From an uncultured Candidatus Saccharibacteria bacterium (lineage in GTDB: Bacteria > Patescibacteriota > Minisyncoccia > Phycocordibacterales > JAKFXT01), in NCBI GenBank assembly GCA_964385825.1, contig CAYLPX010000004.1, forward strand, positions 4,986 to 68,985: a stretch of 64,000 nt of DNA, written 5' to 3'. Both the position numbers and the translations under genes were made by a program. Shown piece after piece: positions 18,208 through 28,273 of the stretch. How positions within the stretch are numbered: the first letter of the stretch is position 1; every line of letters starts with the position of its first letter. Below the pieces are notes generated by a model that saw nothing but the letters and a program-made list of their open reading frames with translations, was not told where the DNA came from and searched no databases.

Positions 18208-18828
18208 TTAATTCCATTTGAATATTTTTTCGCGAGCTGAAACCGTATGACTATAGTTGCCCGTCTTCCAAGTCACGATGGAAGAAACTTCCGCTTCTTG
18301 ATCTGCCACCTGCTCAACTACGCTAATAGAGCGAACAAAAGTAGTCTGACCCCAATTAGCATTCCCAGCAGCTGTATCATAGCCATACTCTCTTATACCT
18401 CCTTCCCCTGTTGAATCGAAGATATTGAGCGCAGGGCAGGTACTACTGTCGAGTGGGTTAGTACAAGCAGTGGCAGGGTTAGAGAGAATATTTTTCTGAT
18501 TGATGTAACAAAACTTTTCTTGTTCATTGTTATATGATTTAGCAACACAGTTACTAAACCCTGTATTTAAACTACTACTAAGCCAAGTACTCCCATTTAA
18601 AATATTTGAATCACGGATTAAGCGGACCATTTCAACCCCCTCTTGAGCCAAATACTGAGCGGTTACTTGATCCTTAGCCACATTCGCTGTTGCGATACTA
18701 TCTGACACCATGGTAAGTGGCGCCACCACCGCAAGCAGCAGTACTGAAATGGCAACCAATGTTTCAACTAAGGTGAAGGCTTTCTTATGCTGCGTTGGTG
18801 TTTTGAGCTTATACATATTAGATATCAA
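18208..18828 (-). CDS. prepilin-type N-terminal cleavage/methylation domain protein (minor pilin)
   Basis: KAFTLVETLVAISVLLLAVV prepilin signature. Confidence 0.65.
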   Translation of the reverse strand: MISNMYKLKTPTQHKKAFTLVETLVAISVLLLAVVAPLTMVSDSIATANVAKDQVTAQYLAQEGVEMVRLIRDSNILNGSTWLSSSLNTGFSNCVAKSYNNEQEKFCYINQKNILSNPATACTNPLDSSTCPALNIFDSTGEGGIREYGYDTAAGNANWGQTTFVRSISVVEQVADQEAEVSSIVTWKTGNYSHTVSAREKIFKWN

Positions 18829-19462
18829 GGTTACGCTGTGTAGCTCGTGTTTGAATTGCGAAATTTACGCGACGAGGATCACCACTCGCTGCGGAAGTTA
18901 CAAAAGCATAACCAGAAAGATTTATACGAACACTGGCTTGAATCTTATCGCCATTACCTGATCCCTGGAGGTCAAAATTAAGAAATTGAATTTTAATTTC
19001 AGGGGCAGTAATAGGCGCAAACACGCAGTTACCACTTGCTGGATCCTGCCTACATCGAAGTACTGTATTGTTAGTAGCATCAAACGCGTACGCAATAACA
19101 GGATTAGGAAAGGCTGCATTAGTAACATCATCTGACTTAAAAGCGAGGAGATTTCCGCCGACTGGATTCGCACAATTGTTAGGATTTGTTCCGCCAGTAT
19201 AGATAGAACCCGCAACGTAAGTTGCTCCTACTTCACAATGATAACTAGTTCCCGTACGAATATTGCGCACCATACTTTCCATAGTAGAACTTAAGTTATT
19301 AATAGCTGATTGTTGTGCCTGCGACTTTTTGTTTAAATTCACAATAGAAAGTAGTGCCCCCGTTGCTATAAACATAACGACCGCAAAAAGGCCGACCGCC
19401 ACAATGAGCTCAGCTAACGTAAAACCTCTTTGTTGTAACTGTTTACTCCACATACCTAACAA
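18818..19462 (-). CDS. prepilin-type minor pilin
   Basis: RGFTLAELIVAVGLFAVV prepilin signature. Confidence 0.65.
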   Translation of the reverse strand: MLGMWSKQLQQRGFTLAELIVAVGLFAVVMFIATGALLSIVNLNKKSQAQQSAINNLSSTMESMVRNIRTGTSYHCEVGATYVAGSIYTGGTNPNNCANPVGGNLLAFKSDDVTNAAFPNPVIAYAFDATNNTVLRCRQDPASGNCVFAPITAPEIKIQFLNFDLQGSGNGDKIQASVRINLSGYAFVTSAASGDPRRVNFAIQTRATQRNLDI

Positions 19463-20109
19463 TTACCACCCGACTTAACGGAAGTCTGTCCAATACTATT
19501 AATTATCACGCACCGGGACTCTGAAGCGCTTGAATCAGCTTTTAATACAATTTTAATACTTGAAATGCCGGCTATGTTCGTAGTGTTTTTAAACACCAGC
19601 GGTTCTGGGTTCGGGCGCCTAAAAATAATAGTAGCCTTATCGTACGTACCCACCGTGTTGCACTGATATGCTCCCCCATTAATAGAGAAGCAGATATCTG
19701 AGATACGTATATCGCGTACAAAAGTAGAAGTGGTCATAATTTCAGAAACATCATAGTTAGAGTCACTGTTTACATCAGCAAAGAGCGTAAAGCTTTTAGA
19801 ATTTGCCTTATCAAAATACATGCCATACCCGATCTGGTATGCAGTCCTACCACTGACTGTTGCTCCCTCAGTACCAAAGGCACCTATAGTTACTTTGCGT
19901 GAAGCCACACCGAACACCTGTGCCTGGCGGATAGTAAGCGCCACCTCATAAGCAGAGTTAGTAAGAAGAATGCTGGAATTAAACTTAGAGTTCTGATAGA
20001 GCACCACTGACGTAATAATCATAAAAATAGAGACCGTCACCATAAGCTCAACTAAGGTAAAAGCCTTTTTGTCTTTGTATGTGCGAAACATGGTTAGTGG
20101 TAGGTGCAT
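19456..20109 (-). CDS. prepilin-type minor pilin
   Basis: KAFTLVELMVTVSIFMII prepilin signature. Confidence 0.65.
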   Translation of the reverse strand: MHLPLTMFRTYKDKKAFTLVELMVTVSIFMIITSVVLYQNSKFNSSILLTNSAYEVALTIRQAQVFGVASRKVTIGAFGTEGATVSGRTAYQIGYGMYFDKANSKSFTLFADVNSDSNYDVSEIMTTSTFVRDIRISDICFSINGGAYQCNTVGTYDKATIIFRRPNPEPLVFKNTTNIAGISSIKIVLKADSSASESRCVIINSIGQTSVKSGGNC

Positions 20110-20118
20110 ATATACTAA

Positions 20119-20955
20119 CTAAAACCCAAGCGCATGAAGCGAGAAAATATCTAGCGGGTAGAAAAATACTAGTATCGTTGCACCAATAAGGAATGGCGCA
20201 AAGGGTACCTCACTTTTCATTGTAAGGTGTAAGCCCTGTAAGAACAAGAAAGATATCCTCCTTTTCTCACTTAGTTTAGCTAGGCCAAGAAAAGCAAGTG
20301 TCACAATCGCACCAACCCAAAAAGCTATAGCAAAAGCCGAGAGGCCTCCTGCAATTCCCAATAAGAATCCCATGCCAATGGCAAGTTTCCCATCCCCAAG
20401 TCCGATCAGCCGGCCGTTTGAAAAAAACCAGAGCAAGAAGAAGGGTAGGAAAAAGAGTGGACCAGCTATAAGCTGATCGTATTGCACAATAAAATCATAT
20501 CCACCACGATAAAAATAAACATTCCAAAGTGCTAACAATAAAGTTAGGCCATTAAAGGTCCAGACAAGTCCATCGGGTATTATTTTGTGCCGAATATCGT
20601 ACACAGTAATAACAATAAGAATCGGAAATATAATGAAATATAGTGGGGCAGTAAAAAGTGAAAAGCTGTGATAGGCCTCCCAAGCAAGCACATAAAAAAG
20701 AATCCCTGTTACAAGTTCAACCAAGGGGTACTGCCAAGAAATTTTGGCATGACAATTACTACATTTGCCTTGTAAAACTAAGAAGCTAAAGAGGGGAAAA
20801 AGCTCCCAAAAATGTAATATTTTGCCACAGGTAAAACATTGGGAGCGACCAGAAAAGAAAGACAGTCCAGTCCCGTAACGGAGTATGACCACATTAAGAA
20901 AGCTCCCCACACAAAGCCCGAGTGCAAAAAAGAATATATAGTAGATCGAAAGCAT
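20119..20955 (-). CDS. pilD: type IV prepilin peptidase (A24 family)
   Basis: N-terminal CxxC...CxxC zinc knuckle (CFTCGK...CSNCHAK), polytopic membrane protein, conserved Asp-containing motifs. 278 aa. Confidence 0.85.
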   Translation of the reverse strand: MLSIYYIFFFALGLCVGSFLNVVILRYGTGLSFFSGRSQCFTCGKILHFWELFPLFSFLVLQGKCSNCHAKISWQYPLVELVTGILFYVLAWEAYHSFSLFTAPLYFIIFPILIVITVYDIRHKIIPDGLVWTFNGLTLLLALWNVYFYRGGYDFIVQYDQLIAGPLFFLPFFLLWFFSNGRLIGLGDGKLAIGMGFLLGIAGGLSAFAIAFWVGAIVTLAFLGLAKLSEKRRISFLFLQGLHLTMKSEVPFAPFLIGATILVFFYPLDIFSLHALGF

Positions 20956-21010
20956 TGCCCTAAGTATAACCTTTAACCAACTACAAAAGAATATCTGTAA
21001 AAAAACAAAA

Positions 21011-21042
21011 ACCGAAGGGAATCCTTCGGTTTTTGTTTTTTT
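21011..21042. terminator. bidirectional rho-independent terminator between pilD and the pilin array
   Basis: ACCGAAGG-GAAT-CCTTCGGT stem followed by TTTTTGTTTTTTT and preceded by AAAAACAAAA. Confidence 0.75.
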
Positions 21043-21053
21043 AGACTTGAAGT

Positions 21054-21509
21054 TTAATCACAGACAGGCCCAGTTGGTCTATGATCAAGTGCAACCCCCT
21101 TACTTGACTCATCAACACACCAGAACTGTGCAGGATCCGTTTTAAGCGGCACTGCGATAGCATATGCTGAGTCAGTAATCTTACATGTCGCATCCCCCCC
21201 ACCACTCTTAGCCACCGCATCACCAATAGCACTACTTATATTTACCTGTTCTAGAATTGTATTGGCAGTTGTAAGTCCATTACAGGTATCAGTATCAACA
21301 TCAGTCCCTGATTTATTATAGGTGTTACCCATCTCATCGTACTTAAGAGTAGCAGAAGCCCGAATCCCTTCTAAGTTTGATTTAATATTAGCGTCAGCTC
21401 CCTTGTCACGCGCAGAATTAAGTGCAGAAAGTATAACCTGAGAAAGAATGCCAATAATAGCTATAACCACTAACAGCTCAATAAGTGTAAAACCTCTTCT
21501 CGAAGACAT
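21054..21509 (-). CDS. type IV major pilin paralog 1
   Basis: RRGFTLIELLVVIAIIGILS canonical prepilin leader plus N-terminal helix. 151 aa. Confidence 0.8.
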   Translation of the reverse strand: MSSRRGFTLIELLVVIAIIGILSQVILSALNSARDKGADANIKSNLEGIRASATLKYDEMGNTYNKSGTDVDTDTCNGLTTANTILEQVNISSAIGDAVAKSGGGDATCKITDSAYAIAVPLKTDPAQFWCVDESSKGVALDHRPTGPVCD

Positions 21510-21528
21510 ACTTCTAGATAATTAATTA

Positions 21529-21987
21529 TTAAGGGCAAAAAGTCTGGTTAGCAGGTATATAAGTAGTACCATTATTTCTAGAAACACCTGTACTGTCCAC
21601 ACACCATACATTTGTAGTATTGGACTTAAGTGGAGCCTCAGCTGCCCAAGCCCCCCCAGCATCATGACAAGTAGCAGTGCTTGCTCCACCCCCCACACCT
21701 ATAGCAATATTCATGCCAGCTCCAGTAACATTAGCCGCCGCCCGAAGCATGTTATTAATAGATTTAACGCCCCCAACCACTACTGCTGTACAAACAGTAC
21801 TGTAACTATTGCCATTAACATTATAGAAAAGCTCAGCTTGAGAACGAAGCGAAGCCATCTGACTTTTTACCGCCCCATCACCCCCCTTACCACGAGCATT
21901 ATTTAAGGCGCCCAAAACAATTGTGGACAATAACGTTATAATTGCCATAACCACCATCAACTCAATAAGCGTAAAGCCTCTATTCAT
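21529..21987 (-). CDS. type IV major pilin paralog 2
   Basis: NRGFTLIELMVVMAIITLLS. Confidence 0.8.
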   Translation of the reverse strand: MNRGFTLIELMVVMAIITLLSTIVLGALNNARGKGGDGAVKSQMASLRSQAELFYNVNGNSYSTVCTAVVVGGVKSINNMLRAAANVTGAGMNIAIGVGGGASTATCHDAGGAWAAEAPLKSNTTNVWCVDSTGVSRNNGTTYIPANQTFCP

Positions 21988-22032
21988 ATATTAAAAGTAT
22001 ACTACGTAGTACTAAAAAGGACTGTGGATAAA

Positions 22033-22509
22033 TTATGGACACTTATACTGATTAGTCCCCCCTGTTCCGTCTATGTTAACTGCACCGCTAGATTGAGAGA
22101 CACCTGAATTATCTACACACCACATAATGCTTGGATTGGACTTAAGAGGGGCTTCGGCTACCCAACTACCTACAGTGGCATGACAAGTCACTGTATTAGC
22201 CGCTCCAGCTGTTGCTGCGTTGGTAACAATGGATGAAGCTGTTATGTTAGCTGCTCCGACCAGCATAGTATAAATCCCCTTCGTGCCATTAGGGGCAGCT
22301 GCACCCAAATTACATACATTGGCGTAGCTGTTTCCGTTCGCATCATTATACAACTCGGCCTGTGACCTAAGGGTGGCCATTTGTCCCTTAATAGCAGAGT
22401 CAGCACTTTTGTTCCGAGCACTATTTAAAGATCCTAAAACTATTGTTGAGAGCAAAGTAATAATCGCAATAACCACAATAAGTTCTATGAGAGTAAAACC
22501 TTTCCGCAT
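22033..22509 (-). CDS. type IV major pilin paralog 3
   Basis: MRKGFTLIELIVVIAIITLLS. The start is moved to the internal Met that gives a normal prepilin leader. Confidence 0.75.
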   Translation of the reverse strand: MRKGFTLIELIVVIAIITLLSTIVLGSLNSARNKSADSAIKGQMATLRSQAELYNDANGNSYANVCNLGAAAPNGTKGIYTMLVGAANITASSIVTNAATAGAANTVTCHATVGSWVAEAPLKSNPSIMWCVDNSGVSQSSGAVNIDGTGGTNQYKCP

Positions 22510-22580
22510 AGAAAAATTATAACAGCTTATTAACCAGTAAAACAAGTTTTTAATGCACAGTGCTTTACTAAAAACAAAAA

Positions 22581-22605
22581 CTCCAAGCACATGCTTGGAG
22601 TTTTT
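22581..22605. terminator. rho-independent terminator between pilin paralogs
   Basis: CTCCAAGC-ACAT-GCTTGGAG stem followed by TTTTTGTT, with an A-run on the other side. Confidence 0.7.
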
Positions 22606-22625
22606 GTTACTAAACTAAGAAAAAT

Positions 22626-23129
22626 TTAGTTACAAGCAGCACCAGTGATAACACCAGTTACACCTGCCTGGTCTTGAGTAGCCATAGTCTCAGCCTTTGA
22701 AGCTCCAGTACTATCAGCACACCATGCCTGAAGAGCTGTCTTTGTAGGTACAGCCACAGCCCAAGCACCACCATTAACTGTTGCTGCACAAGAGTTGTAT
22801 GCAACACCCGAAGTAGTAATAGCAGCTTGGATCAAGCTATAAAACTTGGTATCAGCAAAAATAGTGTTTGCAGCTGCAGAACATACACCAGAAGCCTTAG
22901 CAACAGCAGCAGCACAAGTACCACCAGTTGCTACGTAACATTGTGGTGTGTCGTAAAGAATCTCGGCTTGAGCACGAAGACCAGCAAGCTGACTCTTAAT
23001 AGCAGCATCAGCACCCTTGTTACGAGCGGTGTTAAGACTAGCCAAAACTACTGAAGAGAGGATACCGATGATGGCAATAACCACCAAGAGTTCAATAAGG
23101 GTAAAACCTTTATTTGTTGTTTTTATCAT
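22626..23129 (-). CDS. type IV major pilin paralog 4
   Basis: NKGFTLIELLVVIAIIGILS. 167 aa. Confidence 0.8.
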   Translation of the reverse strand: MIKTTNKGFTLIELLVVIAIIGILSSVVLASLNTARNKGADAAIKSQLAGLRAQAEILYDTPQCYVATGGTCAAAVAKASGVCSAAANTIFADTKFYSLIQAAITTSGVAYNSCAATVNGGAWAVAVPTKTALQAWCADSTGASKAETMATQDQAGVTGVITGAACN

Positions 23130-23365
23130 AATTTACTAATACTAATAATTCTTTTGTGTCCAAAGGTTCATTGTTTCATTTCTAACAACTTTCGTGGGAA
23201 ATAAAGTGATTAGAAAATCAAAACGAAACTTTGTACTGACCCCGCTCCCCCAGTAACTAAGCTGCTAGTTGTTGCGGGGTGCATAGTCGTTTAAGACCTA
23301 TCCCGTATTATATACCACTCTAAGCTCCACAAGAAATAGGTTGTGGATATCCCAAAGTAAGAGAA

Positions 23366-24580
23366 TTACTGAATATTGTTGGTAATGTTGTAAATAGGGA
23401 TAAGTACAGACGCAAGAAGCGTTCCAACACCCAAACCAAGCATCACAATCATGACCGGCTCGATAAGGTCTACGAGCGTATCCACCGCATTCGCTACTTC
23501 ACGATCGTAGAACTTGGCCAATGTTTTCAAAATAGAATCGAGCTCTCCTGACTCCTCACCCACACGCATCATCTGTATCACTACCCCTGGGATTTCTGGT
23601 ATACGAGGAAAAGCATCCGAAAGCGTGGAGCCAGCGCGTACCTTATCTACTGCCACATGAATAATGTCGCCATATATTTTGTTATCCACCACCTCCCCCG
23701 TGATTTCAAGCGCTCGCACAATAGGAATACCGCTACTTAACATAGTACTAAGGTTGTCCGTAATACGTGCAAGATAGAGCTTCTTGTACAGATCTCCCAC
23801 ATACGGAATACCGAGCTTGAAGGCCGAGAGAGCAATTCCGCCACTTGTGGACTTGGCATACCGGAAAAGTACAAAGCCCATAAACACAAGGAGGGCAGCA
23901 AAAATGAGGCCGTAGTTTATGAGAAAATTACTGATTCCGATAACTATTTTCGTGTAGGTTGGAATCTCCTGACCTGATTCAGTCAAAATACCGCTAATTT
24001 TCGGAATAACTAACGTAAGCATGAGCACCATCACCGCAACGAAAGTGAAAATAACGAAGGCTGGGTAAATGAGGGCATTCTTAGCCTTAGAGGTTAGTTC
24101 GTAGTTACGATCAAGGTAATCAGCAAGGTAAGAGAATACGTCGTTAAGCTTTCCAGACTCCTCACCAGAGCGCACCATGTTCACATAAAAGGGGCTAAAA
24201 GCATCGGGATGCTTACTTAGCGCCTTAGAAATAGAACTACCCGCCTGCAAATCATCAGTAACCGTGGCAAGTCTCTTAGCAAGAGTCTTGTTAGGAGTTT
24301 CTGAGGCTAGCATACGAAATGTACGAAGTGCTGAAACCTGCGCCTCAAAAAGGGTGGCGATCTGCCGAGAGAGAATCACTATATCCTTGTTAGAAATCCC
24401 CTCAAAAAGAGAGAACTCCCCGCCACTGCTTAGGAAACCCTTTTTATCAGCTTCATTCACAGAAGAAACTACCAACCCTCGGCGCTGCAGTGAGGAAATA
24501 GCAACATCAACATTAAGCGCGTCTATTGAACCAACAGACTCGGTACCATTTCCATCAATTGCTTTATAGTTAAACAGCAT
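23366..24580 (-). CDS. pilC: type IV pilus platform protein (GspF/PilC family)
   Basis: Two T2SSF repeats, 404 aa, 3-4 TM. Confidence 0.85.
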   Translation of the reverse strand: MLFNYKAIDGNGTESVGSIDALNVDVAISSLQRRGLVVSSVNEADKKGFLSSGGEFSLFEGISNKDIVILSRQIATLFEAQVSALRTFRMLASETPNKTLAKRLATVTDDLQAGSSISKALSKHPDAFSPFYVNMVRSGEESGKLNDVFSYLADYLDRNYELTSKAKNALIYPAFVIFTFVAVMVLMLTLVIPKISGILTESGQEIPTYTKIVIGISNFLINYGLIFAALLVFMGFVLFRYAKSTSGGIALSAFKLGIPYVGDLYKKLYLARITDNLSTMLSSGIPIVRALEITGEVVDNKIYGDIIHVAVDKVRAGSTLSDAFPRIPEIPGVVIQMMRVGEESGELDSILKTLAKFYDREVANAVDTLVDLIEPVMIVMLGLGVGTLLASVLIPIYNITNNIQ

Positions 24581-24585
24581 AAGAA

Positions 24586-25704
24586 TTAAAGTAGACGATC
24601 CAAAATACGGGGGTTAGCACTATGCAGGTACGCACTCTCGGCCGTGATTTCTCCCCGACGCACAAGGTCAGCCAAGGCACGGTTAAGGTCAATCATACCC
24701 TGATCCATTCCTGTCTCAATCACCGTGTTAATCTCATGCGTGCGACGCTCGCGGATAAGGTTACCAACAGCGCTATTGTTGATAAGAAGCTCATAAGCCG
24801 GTACAAGACCTCCTGAAATGCGAGGAATAAGACGTTGGGAGAAAATACCCGTCATGGAGCTAGAAAGTTGAATGCGGATCTGATCCTGCTGCTCCGCAGG
24901 GAATGAGTCAATAATACGATCAATGGTCTGTGCTGCGTTGTTGGTGTGAAGCGTTGAGAATACTAAGTGTCCAGTCTCTGCAGCGGTTACCGCAGTTCCC
25001 ATAGTCTCAGCCCCGCGCATTTCACCAATAAGACCTACGTCCACATCCTGACGGAACATAGAATGGAGCGCAGTACCGAAATCAGCCGTATCCACACGCA
25101 CTTCACGCTGATCAATAATGCATTTCTTTTGCTCATAGATATACTCAATCGGATCTTCAATCGTAATGATATGCTCAGCCCGCTCGTTGTTAATCATTTC
25201 AATCAAAGCGGCGAGTGTTGTGGTCTTACCCTGTCCTACCGGTCCCACTACAAGGAAGAAGCCTTGAGGTTTGCGGGCAAAAGTTTCGAGGATGGGAGGA
25301 AGTGCAAGTTCTTGAAGTGTGCGAATACGCTTTGGAATGAGACGCATTGCAATACTGATGGTGCCCTGCTGGAAGTAAGCGTTACCACGAAAACGAGCCA
25401 CCTCACCATGCTGATAGGCGTAATCACATTCCTTCGTTTCTAGGAATTTTTCACGCACTTCCTTACTTACCATCGCGCTAAAAAGCCCAAGCGTGTGTTC
25501 TTTGGTCAAAACCGGCATTTTTACGAGTGGAACAAGGAATCCGGCTACACGAATAGTCGGGTTTCTACCTTCGGAGAGATGGAGATCAGAAGCGTTCTCT
25601 TGAACCACAATGGTCACAAGCTCATCGAGCTCTTTGCCATAATCAAGTGCTCCGCCACTTTTAACTGCTCGACCGATTACGCTATCAACATCTAGTTCTG
25701 CCAT
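24586..25704 (-). CDS. pilT: twitching-motility/retraction ATPase (PilT family)
   Basis: Walker A GPVGQGKTTT, Asp box, His box. 372 aa with no N-terminal GSPII_E_N extension. Confidence 0.85.
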   Translation of the reverse strand: MAELDVDSVIGRAVKSGGALDYGKELDELVTIVVQENASDLHLSEGRNPTIRVAGFLVPLVKMPVLTKEHTLGLFSAMVSKEVREKFLETKECDYAYQHGEVARFRGNAYFQQGTISIAMRLIPKRIRTLQELALPPILETFARKPQGFFLVVGPVGQGKTTTLAALIEMINNERAEHIITIEDPIEYIYEQKKCIIDQREVRVDTADFGTALHSMFRQDVDVGLIGEMRGAETMGTAVTAAETGHLVFSTLHTNNAAQTIDRIIDSFPAEQQDQIRIQLSSSMTGIFSQRLIPRISGGLVPAYELLINNSAVGNLIRERRTHEINTVIETGMDQGMIDLNRALADLVRRGEITAESAYLHSANPRILDRLL

Positions 25705-25712
25705 AATAAATA

Positions 25713-26102
25713 TTAGTTACCTTGCTTCTTTTTTAAAATATCGAGCACCTGGTCCAGTACTTCCGACGGAATGGTGTTAGCCTTCACGATATATCCATCT
25801 ACCCCTATCTTCTTAGCCTCATCAATATCACTCTTCTGGCCTTGATTAGAGAGCACCACGAGCGCCGCATTCGGTGCCAACTTCTCACGATGGATGGCTT
25901 CCAGAAGCTCAAGTCCGCTCATGCCCGGCATAATCATGTCAAAAAGGACAAGGTCGGGCGAAAATCCAGCTTTTAACTTCTCAAGGGCATCTTCGCCAGA
26001 GAAAGCTGGAGTTATTTCAAAATTAGCCGCCTTGAACTTGACGGTGTACATATCAAGGAGGAATTTATCATCATCAACTAATAAAACTTTTTTTGTATCC
26101 AT
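25713..26102 (-). CDS. single-domain response regulator (CheY-like receiver) embedded in the pilus operon
   Basis: LLVDDD acidic pocket, phospho-acceptor D in LVLFDMIMP, conserved K in GYIVKA. 129 aa. Confidence 0.8.
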   Translation of the reverse strand: MDTKKVLLVDDDKFLLDMYTVKFKAANFEITPAFSGEDALEKLKAGFSPDLVLFDMIMPGMSGLELLEAIHREKLAPNAALVVLSNQGQKSDIDEAKKIGVDGYIVKANTIPSEVLDQVLDILKKKQGN

Positions 26103-26127
26103 ATGAAGTATCTCTAGTATAACCTAC

Positions 26128-27864
26128 CTATGCGAGCGTGTTTACTTCTTCAAAGGGTATAAGTCCCGCAGCACATTTCATAATAGCGTCTTCTTGAAGA
26201 CTAATCATACCTTTCTTACGAACGAGTGCCCGAATTTCAAGTTCGGTCGCATGTTTAAGTACCGCCTCTTCTATTTCCTTGTCCATTTCATACATTTCGT
26301 ATACCGCCATACGACCACGCGTACCATTTGGACACTCTGGGCTCGGCTCTATCTCATAGAGCTTATCTGTTGGCATAATCTTCTCGCGCAAATTCTCTGG
26401 CAAATCATTAAAACGACTCTCCACGAAACTTTTAATGGAGCCTTCTATAGGGACCTCCTTTCCACTATGAGGGCAAAGTGTACGTACCAAGCGCTGTGCA
26501 ATAGTGAGCGTTAGGGTTGGCGCAATAAGGTACGGGTCTACTCCCATATCAATGAGACGTGGGATTACTCCCACTGCGTTATTAGTGTGGATGGTTGAGA
26601 ATACCAGGTGACCAGTTAGCGCCGCCTGTACGGCAAGCTGTGCTGTTTCCTTATCTCGGATTTCCCCCACCATTATCACGTCTGGATCCTGACGAAGTGT
26701 GGTTCGGAGTCCTGTTGCAAACGTATAGTTAATTTCAGGACGAATCTGTGACTGGCTTATGCCTTCAATGTTAAACTCCACCGGATCCTCAAGCGAAAGT
26801 ACGTTTTTTGTTTCTTTATCAAGCTCGTTAAGCATAGCGTACAGCGTTGTTGATTTACCGCTACCAGTAGGACCCGAAATAAGCACGATGCCGTACGGGC
26901 GCTTCAAAGCACGACGAACCATCGCCAAATGTTCGGGTGAAAGTCCTGAAGACTCGAGCTTACGCACACCTCGCTCTTTATCCAAGATACGCATCACCAC
27001 CTTCTCGCCGTAGTAAGTTGGAAATGTAGACACACGGAAATCAACGCCACGCCCATCAATTTTTGCTGAGAAACGGCCATCCTGTGGCTTGCGATGCTCA
27101 TCCAGTTTCATATTGGAAAGGATTTTAATACGCGCCACTACAGAACGATGAACGTTAGCTGGTAACACCAAACTAGTATGGAGCTCTCCATCAATACGGA
27201 AACGAACGCGCGTTTTTTCGGCCAACGCTTCTATATGGATATCTGATGCTTGTCCCTCAATCGCGTAGCGCAAGATAGTGGCTACGATTTTTGTAACCGG
27301 TGCATCTTCTATAATTTTCGCTTCCCCTGACTTCTTGGACCCCGTGAGATCCTGTGTCTGCTCCTTACCTAGATCAGCCTCTTCATTCCCAGCGTCTCCC
27401 GAAATTTCAGAAAGAGCCTTGGTTACTTCTCCCGAAAGCCCTTTGTACGTATCAAGTACTCCCTTAAAATCTTCTTCCGAAATAAGAAACAGTTTGAATG
27501 GCAGGTTTATCTTGGAGGAAATGAAATACAGGGCATCACGGGCCTCAATATTGTCTGGCTCCACAATTCCCACCTCAAGGGCGCCATCGGCAAGTCCAAT
27601 CGGCACAAACCCGTAATGCGCAGCTGACTCCTCTGGGATATAGCGCAAAATTTCAAACGGAATGTTCGTACTTTCTATGCTACGAGTAGGAATACGCAAA
27701 TACTCCCCCTTAGCAGCCAAAATATCAGTTTCTGCAACACCACGCTTACGCAGTGTTTCTTCTACAGAAACACCTGCTTCACGAGCCTCGGTTTCAATTG
27801 AAGAAACATCATTAGCACTAATGATGTTTTTGCCGGCCAATATAGAAAGTAAGGGTTGTGCCAT
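26128..27864 (-). CDS. pilB: type IV pilus assembly ATPase (GspE/PilB family)
   Basis: N-terminal GSPII_E_N domain, Walker A GPTGSGKSTT, CxxC...CPxG tetracysteine. 578 aa. Confidence 0.9.
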   Translation of the reverse strand: MAQPLLSILAGKNIISANDVSSIETEAREAGVSVEETLRKRGVAETDILAAKGEYLRIPTRSIESTNIPFEILRYIPEESAAHYGFVPIGLADGALEVGIVEPDNIEARDALYFISSKINLPFKLFLISEEDFKGVLDTYKGLSGEVTKALSEISGDAGNEEADLGKEQTQDLTGSKKSGEAKIIEDAPVTKIVATILRYAIEGQASDIHIEALAEKTRVRFRIDGELHTSLVLPANVHRSVVARIKILSNMKLDEHRKPQDGRFSAKIDGRGVDFRVSTFPTYYGEKVVMRILDKERGVRKLESSGLSPEHLAMVRRALKRPYGIVLISGPTGSGKSTTLYAMLNELDKETKNVLSLEDPVEFNIEGISQSQIRPEINYTFATGLRTTLRQDPDVIMVGEIRDKETAQLAVQAALTGHLVFSTIHTNNAVGVIPRLIDMGVDPYLIAPTLTLTIAQRLVRTLCPHSGKEVPIEGSIKSFVESRFNDLPENLREKIMPTDKLYEIEPSPECPNGTRGRMAVYEMYEMDKEIEEAVLKHATELEIRALVRKKGMISLQEDAIMKCAAGLIPFEEVNTLA

Positions 27865-27891
27865 AATGAACGTAACTCACCCCCCGAAAGC

Positions 27892-28269
27892 TTAATTGCT
27901 ACGAAAGGCTTTGATAACTATATTGTTGTTCCCAGTCGGCTGCGCAGGACCGATTAGGGGGGCGAAAGGATTATCCCTTCCTGCTTCCTCTGGAGTAAGC
28001 TGTACTCCAAAATTTTGTAACGAATTGAATGCGGGGTCAGTGAAAAACGAGTTGTCTAACCGAATGCTTTTTATAGCGAGTAATACAGGAAGTATATCAT
28101 CTCCTACCCCAGCCCCAGTACTCCCCATCAACTCACCCGAAGGGCTTGCCACAGTTACTACCTCACTCCCGCTTGGCGATCCGAAAAAGTAGCGGTAGCT
28201 GAAAAAAATACCGATAAGCAGCACTACGAAGATAATGATATTTTTTAATTCTGATTTAATAAAGTCCAT
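27892..28269 (-). CDS. hypothetical membrane-anchored protein (possible PilP-like pilus component)
   Basis: Single N-terminal TM helix. Its position is between pilO and pilB. Confidence 0.3.
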   Translation of the reverse strand: MDFIKSELKNIIIFVVLLIGIFFSYRYFFGSPSGSEVVTVASPSGELMGSTGAGVGDDILPVLLAIKSIRLDNSFFTDPAFNSLQNFGVQLTPEEAGRDNPFAPLIGPAQPTGNNNIVIKAFRSN

Positions 28270-28273
28270 ATAA

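Noticed and set aside
23130-23365. Possible terminator or regulatory hairpin (ACCCCGC...GCGGGGT with 29-nt loop) between the pilin array and pilC
   Set aside because: The stem is short relative to the loop and the T-run is weak. Not reported as a feature.
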